Shown: one piece after another, positions 54,097-64,000 of the stretch | How positions within the stretch are numbered: position 1 is the first letter of the stretch | How the letters are laid out: each line of letters opens with the position of its first letter | Assembly: GCF_009914755.1 (NCBI RefSeq) | Contig: NC_060928.1 | From: the human T2T-CHM13v2.0 reference genome, Homo sapiens | DNA: 64,000 nt | Reading direction: 5' to 3' (one strand) | Position numbers and translations under genes: made by a program | Notes under the pieces: model-generated | Told to the model about the DNA's origin: nothing | The model's input: only the letters and a program-made list of their open reading frames with translations | The model's database searches: none

Positions 54097-54996
54097 TTAC
54101 TTTTAATTGTATGGAAAACAAAGAATAACTACTTTGAAATGAAATTAACTACTCAGCAATTCAGAAGTCCACAATAAATTCTTCCTTTTAAATGGTAAGA
54201 GAATTCTAACTATTTTGAACATGGTGAACAAAATTTCTTCAATTTTGTAGCTTATAAGATACTTCATAATATAAGCTCATCAGTGTTATAGCCAAAATGA
54301 TGTCTTTCACAGCGGTTTAGGTAGTGAAAAACACAAATGTCTAACAATAAGGGTTTGGTTAGACAAGCTATACTAACTTATATAATGGGATATACTATGT
54401 TGTCATTTTCACAGATAAAATGTTGCCATGGGAAAATCATCAGTTTAAAAAAATAAGACTAGAAAACAATACGATCCTATAATACATACACACATCTGTC
54501 ACACTCAGAGGAAATGCGTTTCTCTGACTCTAACTTCCCAACAATTTTAAGATAGCATTACAACATTTATAGTGCCTTCAAGGAAAACCCCCAAACATTA
54601 TTACTGTTCATCAGGTATTCTGCTATGGCTAATCTCTAATCCTTCCAATCACCATGAGAGTCATATTATTACTAGTTTCACTTGTGCAGATGTGGGACAT
54701 GTAGCAGAGTTAACAAACCAGTCCAAAGTGACAAAGCTATGCTGGGCCTGTATCCAGGGCTCCTGGGCTTTCTACCACTCCTTTAGAGAACCTTCCACAT
54801 TAACGTACAGATTGACTGCATGATGCACTCAGATTTCAAAATGCTAAATCTTGGTGGGAAACATCCCTCAGAATTGAGTAAATTTGATGGGTATGAAGAT
54901 TAAATACAGAAAGTCTACATGTATCTCCAAAATGTTGTTGATTATCTCAGCTGTGTGACAAGGTCACTGGCTTCTGGTGCTGATGTGTTGGCTGCC

Positions 54997-55299
54997 TTTT
55001 AATTTTTATTTATTTTTATTTTTTAGACAGGATCTTGCTCTGTGGCCCAGGCTAGAGTACAGCAACCACAGCTCACTGCAGCCTCAACCTCCCAGATTCA
55101 AGCTATCTTCCCACCTCAGCCTCCCGAGTAGCTGGGACTACAGGTGCGCACCACCACACCCTGCTACCTTTTTTCTGTTTTGTAGAGATGGGATTTCCCT
55201 GTGTTGCCCAGACTGATCTTGAACTTTGGTGCTCAAGGATCCTCCTGCCTTGGCCTCCCAAAGTGTTGGGATTACATGTGTGAGCCATGGCGCCTGGCC
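54997..55299 (-). mobile_element. AluJ
   Basis: Diverged reverse Alu. Confidence 0.9.
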
Positions 55300-56963
55300 C
55301 AACACCAGCCTGCCAGAGATCTCATGAGAACCTGACCTTTACATTGCAAAGTAGGAAAGGAGCTCACTGGGCAAAACCCAGACTGCTGGTCTAAATATGT
55401 GGGGGGAGGTGCTGGTGGTAGTGGAATAATATGCTTGTTTTTGGTTTTTGAAACAATAGAGCCAACAGTGCAAAATTCTATAGGAAGGAGGTATCCTAAC
55501 TAGAAATGTGAGGCAGAATATCTAGAAGTAAATTTTCAAATATGCGTAAAGCAAAAGTAAACAAGGTGTTGTGTTTTTAAGTTAATGGTTGAAGGTGGCA
55601 TCTCAACTTATAGCCAAAAGCAATAAAACTGATGCCATTTAGAGCTCCATTTTCAACTATTCTCTTCTCACTCCTTATAATTAATCTGACACAAACCCTG
55701 CTATCTTCCCAGTGTAATCTGGCTTCCTTCCATTTCCACCACCACTCTGATAGGTACTGGCCCACCTTAGATCTACTACAGCTTCTCTAATTAAAAATTA
55801 ACTCTAATATGATTAATAGGCCAATTCAAAGAATTATCATAGCATCAATTTAAAAGGGAAACAGCCATAATGTTCATTCATACAGTAAATTATTCAAATT
55901 AAGTGAATGGTAGTTTTGGGGATGCAGTATTATATAATCATTATAACAGATATGAAAATTATGCAGCAATATGAAAAATGCTATTCCTTTAAGTGAAACA
56001 AGCAGAAGACAACATTGCTTATACGTTATGAATAAAATCAAGCTTTAAAAAGAACTGCCAAGAAAAAATAACAATACACCAAATATTAATTAGCTTTTTT
56101 GGCACTGTGAAGGATTTTATTATCTATATTTCTAAAAAAACATTCTCAAATGTAGTACTACATTCAAGTTGTACATAGTACAGAAATCGAGAGGGGGATC
56201 TGGTGGCAAGGCCATGGTAAATTTAAAGCAAGCAGTTTTAGTAGTAGAGACAGAAAATGGAAAAAGACTCAAGAAGGAATGGAAACAAATGAAGAGTACA
56301 AGCTTAAACTACATGTATTCAAAATTTAAGGAAGAAGGGAAGGAGACAAAATATCAAAGGAATCAAAAGGAACAGAGTAAAAGAAAGGTCTCTCTAAGAT
56401 GGGGAGCTTCGTAGGGTAAGGGAAGACAGGCAACAGAGCACATGAGGATACAAGGAAGTGAAGCAGAACAGAAGATGGATTCAGAGCTTGGGCTTTGGAG
56501 CCACACAGACCTAGCTCTGCCGCCATACTGTGTGACTGCGCGAGGTCTTTAACCTTTCAGAATCTCATCGTTACTTTCCAGGTTGTCATAAATTAAATAA
56601 GGCAATGCTTGTGATATCTCTTGCAGTTTCTGGGGAAAAAATAAATACTACCACTTAACTGTTTTTTTGAGAACCTTCCATTGGGATCAAAGAGGAAGCA
56701 GAAAGAAGAAAAAGAAGCAAGGGCTACAGAGAAGTCAGGGCAGAGGCAACCAAGCATACAGATAGGAGGCCAGCAAGAGGAGGCTATGAAGTTGGGCAGA
56801 AGAGTGACGCGTTCACAGTGTATCAGAGGACCTGTAGGTCCTGCCCAATCTCTACTTCACAGCTAGTCTGTGTCACGGTTTACTGTCTAATACCTCAATA
56901 ATACTGCTTTTAATATTATATCAAATGTAAATGGCACAAACATTTGAAAAGGATTAAAAATTA

Positions 56964-57113
<150 letters not shown>

Positions 57114-57694
57114 TCAAATAATAGCTTTACAAAGGTAGAAATGACCACGCCTTCTGTTTATATTAGTGCAATTTTTATAACTCACAGTAACAGTTAACAC
57201 TTGTTGAATGTTATAAACCAGGCTGTCTTCATTTCAATTTCACATCAACAGTTATACAGATGAGAAAATGACCTGACGTGAGGCTAAGTAATGTGCTAAA
57301 GGTTATGCAAATATTGTGTCACAGCCAAGAAGGAAGGAAAGCATCTGTTGGACTTCAGAGTTCAGGCTTTTAACTTCCATGTTTTACATTTTCCTCTAAA
57401 TTCTTCAAAATTTCATCAAATACCTTTATAATTTAAAAATTACTTATTAACTTTGTGAAATATTTTATCCTTTGAGGTAAGAGTAAAAATCTTAAAAATT
57501 ACCCTGAAATGATGGGAAATCAACAAAATGCAAATATAACTCAAAGCACAATATTTATCACAATTCATAAATTATTCCTTAAACCCCATGAGCTAAACAA
57601 ATTAGTAATTTATTAATATATAAAAGCATTATTGTAAATAATTGAAAATATCTGTCTGGAAGTCACTTATCTAAAAAAACCTCTGCTATCTAGA

Positions 57695-58205
<511 letters not shown>

Positions 58206-58723
58206 TCTAGACCAAGAGTCAGGCAAAAACAGGTCTAGGAACTACCAAACACTAACACCTACAGTCCATATACTCATGCACTTAACCTTAAGAGCATCTC
58301 ACATTATACACAATTCCAAAAATACTGTTGGAAAAAGATTAAATGTAGTAAATTAAAGGAGTCAACGTGAGAAAACAGTTATGATTTTTAACCAGAGGTG
58401 AACAGCCTCACATTTACAGACTGAAGTTAAATCCTGAAAGCGTGACTTGACCTTTGAGTCCTACAGATGATGGATCATGGGACTTATGACTCCCAGCTCC
58501 CGACACCCCTTCCCCACGTGCTCTGGGTGCCTCCTAAGGAGGTAGGTACTTTACAAGCATATGATAGCTAGTCCACGAGGGGATACTCCTAATAAAAGGC
58601 AGAGGCTGTGAAAGCCGGGACTGTGAGGGCAACTTACCAAAGGATCGAAACAACCCTAAACCTGTCTGGGGCTTCCGTGCAACTTGTTATTGAAGTGGTG
58701 TTCTGCATGACATGAAAAGGTAG

Positions 58724-59244
58724 GGCCAGGCAGGGTGGTTCACACCTGTACTCCCAGCACTTTGGGAGGCCGAGGCAGGAGGATCCCTTGAGGCCAGGCA
58801 TTGGAGACCAGCCTGGGCAACACAGCAAGACCCCCATCTCTACAAAAATAAAAAACAAAAATAACCAGGCATGGTGGCACATGTCTGTAGTCCTAGCTAC
58901 TCAGGAGGATTACTGGAGCCCAGGAGTGCAGTGAGCCATAATCAGATCACTGCACTCCAGCCTGTCTCAAAAAAGAAAGAAAAAAAAAATAGTAGGAAAA
59001 TGTGTAAATCACTTTCAAAGGATTTTTTTGAAGAGATGGGGTCTTACTTCACTGTAACCTCTGGCGTGTAGCTAGGACTGACTACAAGCACACACACTAT
59101 GGTGGACTAATTGTTTTTTGTTTTTTTGTAGAGACAGGGTCTCGTTATGTTGCCCAGGCTGGTTTCAAACTCTCCACCTCAAGTGATCCTCCTGCCACAG
59201 CTCCCACGTAGCTGGGATTACAGGAGCAAGCCACTGCACTGGCT
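58724..59244. mobile_element. Tail-to-tail AluJ pair: + (58724-58989) and internally deleted - (59024-59244)
   Basis: Opposite orientations, ~35 bp apart, inside a CASP3 intron. Confidence 0.85.
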
Positions 59245-60084
59245 AAAATGATTTAAATGACAGCAACAACTCTCTAAAATGGGACTGCATTTTAAAAGTT
59301 TACTTTCTAGAAAAATCCCTTTGCTAAACAAAATTGTGAAATCTTTAGTGGTAACTTGTTAATAGTATTTCTGTAATCATATTGTTTAGTAATAAAATTA
59401 GTTTGTAATATTCAGGGCAGCCGAGAATAACAATACTGGGTTTCAGAAATAAACTTTCAGAATTTAAAGTATTACGAGAGATCCCAAATAAATAATAACA
59501 GACAAGAATTAAAAAGTGAATTTGAGTTTTATCTTTTTCCTTTTTCCATCTGCTAGTTATTGGAAGCATTAATAAGCAGAATATTCCAAAAAGACACGGG
59601 GAAAAAAAGGGTAAAATTCATCCATAACTAGGCAGTTTGTCCCCGGACTGAAAACTGGCATTGCATTTTAGTCGTAAAAACTCATAAACAAGAGGTCAAG
59701 AAACTCCTCCCAAACCTAAACCCTCTAATCCTATAGAGCGATTCGGGAGGGTAGAAAGCACCGGCGCTTGGGAGTCCTGCCTCTCCTGTGGTGTCCTTTT
59801 GGTTCCAGGACTAGGTTTCCAACTATGGGTCACACACCCTACTAGGCCTTTCCTTTCATCTTCCCTTCAGTTCTGTGAAAGTTTTAGCCCCATGTTAAAG
59901 ACGAGGTTCAGAGAAGAAAAGTCAGTTTATGCAAAGCCACACAGCTGTCTGAGGTAGGAAGTCACTTGGTCTCTCTGGCCTGAGAGAGAGACCACTCTCT
60001 TTCCTCTTGCCCCACTGCTCGAGGTTTGCTTATTACACATCCCCATCTTTCTCTGATTATAAAGAATTCAATTTAAATACTCAC

Positions 60085-60137
60085 GGTTCCAAATTTTTAA
60101 TGGATTTTGAATCCACTGAGTTTTCAGTGTTCTCCAT
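60085..60137 (-). CDS. CASP3: Caspase-3 coding exon 1 (start codon; MENTENSVDSKSIKNLE(P))
   Basis: ATG at 60137-60135, translation matches the human caspase-3 prodomain. Donor CC|GTGAGT at 60084. Acceptor TAG at 60154-60153 leaves 15 nt of 5'UTR in this exon. 53 coding nt. Confidence 0.97.
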
Positions 60138-60624
60138 GGATACCTTTATTAACTAGAATACAAAGAAAATAGAAGTTAATAAAAAATCAGTCATAAAACC
60201 ACTGCATTATATTAATTATCCCAGTGATTATTTTTCCAAATTAATACCTCAGTTCTCCCTCTACTGTTAAAGGTGTATGTGAGTCAGTTCTGGGGATAAT
60301 GATTTCTTTGCAATGGTACATACAATTTAGCCTCTCTCTCTCTTTTTAATTGAGCTATGAATTATATATAGTGAACTACATAAAGCATATAGAAAGTATA
60401 CAGCTCGATTTTTTATATTTACATACCCTCATCAGATCAAGATACAGATTACAGTTTATTTCTTTTGTAAGACAACACCTCGGGTCATTTCTAAGAACTG
60501 CAACTCAACACAGTTAAAACAAAAATCAAAAACTTCCCACCACAATGGTATAACTCACATAACACAATTCTACAATGCTTAGATTCCCAAGATACAGTAT
60601 CAAGATGTTCCAAATCTCCATTAA

Positions 60625-60930
<306 letters not shown>

Positions 60931-63074
60931 TAGTCTTTACTTTTAAAGTGGGTTTTGGAAGCCCAGCTTCTCATTTAGGGTAGTAAAATGGCCCAGGAAA
61001 TGTAAAAGTAGAAACTAAAGTTTCTGCTTTCATTCTTCCATTACACAATTATATCTCACAAGGTGAACCAGTTCTTAGAATCAAAGCAACTATCACTTAT
61101 TGAGCACTTAATATATACCAGGTACTTTGCAAGGCACTCAGTTTTAATCTTTTCAAAATTCTAAACGTCAGAAAACCCAACTTCTGGTGGTTAAGTGACT
61201 TTGTCGACAGTCACAATCTAAGTGACAGGGCCCTCTTCCCACTCTGCTATGCTGCCTCTGAAGAAGCCAGCTCCTTACTACTTTTCTGGAGTTCTACCAG
61301 GCATTTTCTGGCTTTTCGAAGCAAAGGTACTTCCCATGGCAATCCACCTCCCTAAATAGAGGAAAACAAGAACAAAGGCAAAACAAAAAACAAAAACAAA
61401 AAATACTGAGTGACCTTCTCCACACTCTAGAAACCCTGACAATGTCAAAAATTCCAGTCAAAATACAACTTTAACCTCACTCCTATGATAAAATCAGAAA
61501 TACCAAAATAATACACAAGCCTATAACAGAACTTGCTCACCCTCAAAAGTCCTTCTAGAAAGTCCTAGGTAACTTCCCCCACTTTTAAAAATTTTAATCT
61601 TTAAAACTGTGGTGAAATAGACATAAAATTTACCACTCTTAAGCGTACAGCTCAGTGGCATTGAGTACAGTTACACTGTTGGAATCCATCCCAGGACTTT
61701 TTTATCTTCCCAAACTGAAACCTTTACCAAGGTCCCCAATTTCAAGGTCTCTTGGAAAACATCATTTCTTCCCTTCTATTAAGACAAAGCTAAGCTCCTT
61801 CCTCCCCTCTCTCCCAGTTTTGTGTGCACCCCTGGTGAGGAAAGGTGCAGCAATAATATAGAAGACAGCCAGTGCCACCATCTCAATTTAACCACAGGAG
61901 AGGGTGATGTTTGACCTTCTCCAAGAGCCAGTCTATGCTCTGCATTTCTACGAAGACTTTGCTTTTCTACCATCTTACTTCCTGTAGGCTTTCTGGAAAA
62001 TCAAGGGAAGATGTGAGTATAATTGGGATAAATCATCTTTTAGTTTGTCAGTAAACAAATACTTTGTGCCAGGTATCATCCTGGGAAATAGGACAGAGTG
62101 GAAGACAAGACAAAGTTCCTATCTTCCATTAGATCTTACTTTAGATAGAAGAATAATTATACAGTAGTATACCTGTGGGGCAGGGGCAGGGGGTACCTCC
62201 CAAGTCCCCCAGTAGATGCTTGAAACCAAATACAGTACTGAGCCTATATGCAGCATATTTTTTCCTATACGTACATACCTATGAAAAAGTTTAGTTTATA
62301 ACTTGGGCGCAGAAAGGGATTAACAACAATAACTAATACGGGTACCTGAACATAAACACTGCCATACCATGACAGTTGATCTGATAATCGAGACAGCTAC
62401 TAAGTGACCTGCCATTAGTCACTCAGTACATATTACATATTAGTATGTCTTCACATATTAACATATTTATTAACAGTGGCTGTCTGGGTGATGGCATTAC
62501 TGACACCTTATTTACTCCTTAACATTCCTCTATATCTTCTAATTTTTCTATAACATCTGCATTTTTTAAAAGTGAGAAAACAGTAACAAATATTATTCTA
62601 TAAAATAATATCAACAAAGGTCAGGATTGTTCTAGCCAATTTCAACTCTTGGCCCTGTTTCAAGAGTGACAAAAATAGGGGTATTCTCCTATCAAAGTAG
62701 CCACCCTTCCTTGCCTCTATCATGCTCAGTACCATGTTCCCCTCTATCTGCCCTTTTTTCTTTCATATGTACAATAAACATGTATTAGGTACCAGGAAAT
62801 CTCGAACTTCCTTGAACCATGAATATCATAGAGACCAACTTGCCCCATGCACATCAATTCAAAGCGGACAGACCACATACAAAATCATTAGCCACCTGTG
62901 GTTGAGAAACAAATTGTGGTTAACTTGATTAACTGAGAGAACAGTACAGGGTAGCTAACAAGTCTGGAAACGTAGGTGAACACATAATAGTTTACTGATA
63001 TTGCATTATAATCCATGAGAAAATATCTTTGTTTCAAGACTTTATGGCCAATCTATAGAAAATCTAAAGTGAAA

Positions 63075-63712
63075 ATCCAGTGGGCCTCATCAAAGATACA
63101 CAGACTGCAAATAATGGGAAATGCTAATTAAAGCAACAATGAGGTATCATTACATACCTAGCAGAATGGCCAAAACCAGAACACCATCAACACCAAATGC
63201 TGGTGAGGATGTGGAGCAACAGGGATTCTCAATCACTGCTCGTGGAAATGCAAAATGGTACAGCCAACTCGAAAGACAGTTTGGCAGTTTCCTACAAAAC
63301 TAAACATACTCTTACCATATGATCCAGCCATATGGTAAATACGCACTCTTTGGTATTTACCCAAAGGAGTTGAAAACTTATGTTCACACAAAAGCCTGCA
63401 CACAGATGTTTATAGCAGTTTTATTCATAACTGTCAAAACTAGAAGCAACTAAGATGTCCTTCAGTCGGTGAATGAATAAATAAACCGTGGTATATCCAG
63501 AGAACAGAATATTACTGAGCACTAAAAAGAAATGAGCTAGCAAGCCATGAACACTTTAAATGCATTATTACTAAGTGAAAGAAGCCAGTTTGAAAAGGCC
63601 ATATATACCGCATGATTCCAACTATCTGACAATCTGGAAAAGGCAAAACTATGGAGACAGTAAAAAGATCAGTGGTTGCCAGTGGCTAGGAGGGAGGGAG
63701 ACAGCACAGAGA
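63075..63712 (+). mobile_element. L1MA/MB 3' region
   Basis: ORF2 C-terminal-like peptide (ATMRYHYIPSRMAK) and L1M 3'UTR motifs. Confidence 0.8.
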
Positions 63713-63713
63713 A

Positions 63714-64000
<287 letters not shown>

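Overview
Human (or great-ape) genomic DNA, not prokaryotic. The only real protein-coding gene is CASP3 (caspase-3) on the minus strand. All six coding exons are present (60137-60085, 57102-56978, 54080-53952, 53624-53449, 52840-52720, 51183-50954). They have GT-AG boundaries and sum to 834 nt = 277 aa + stop. A ~1.6 kb 3'UTR follows; the promoter and first non-coding exons lie beyond the right edge. The rest is dominated by transposable elements: about 40 Alus, a full THE1 provirus, a full-length but dead L1PA with three nested insertions, solo LTRs (LTR12C, LTR8, MER9, MER11, LTR22, MER4, MER21, MLT/MST), MER1 and Tigger DNA transposons, and a 30-bp minisatellite. Almost all other ORFs in the track are repeat-derived noise. 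I see no clearly new enzymatic system. The best leads are regulatory. (1) An inverted Alu pair brackets the 121-nt catalytic-Cys exon, whose skipping gives the 182-aa caspase-3s frame. (2) A co-oriented MER11 LTR and a minisatellite containing a perfect splice donor lie just downstream of CASP3. (3) A microhomology-flanked templated insertion sits inside an Alu head. Repeat subfamily names come from my recollection of consensus sequences and need RepeatMasker/Dfam confirmation. Repeat boundaries without target-site duplications (TSDs) are approximate.
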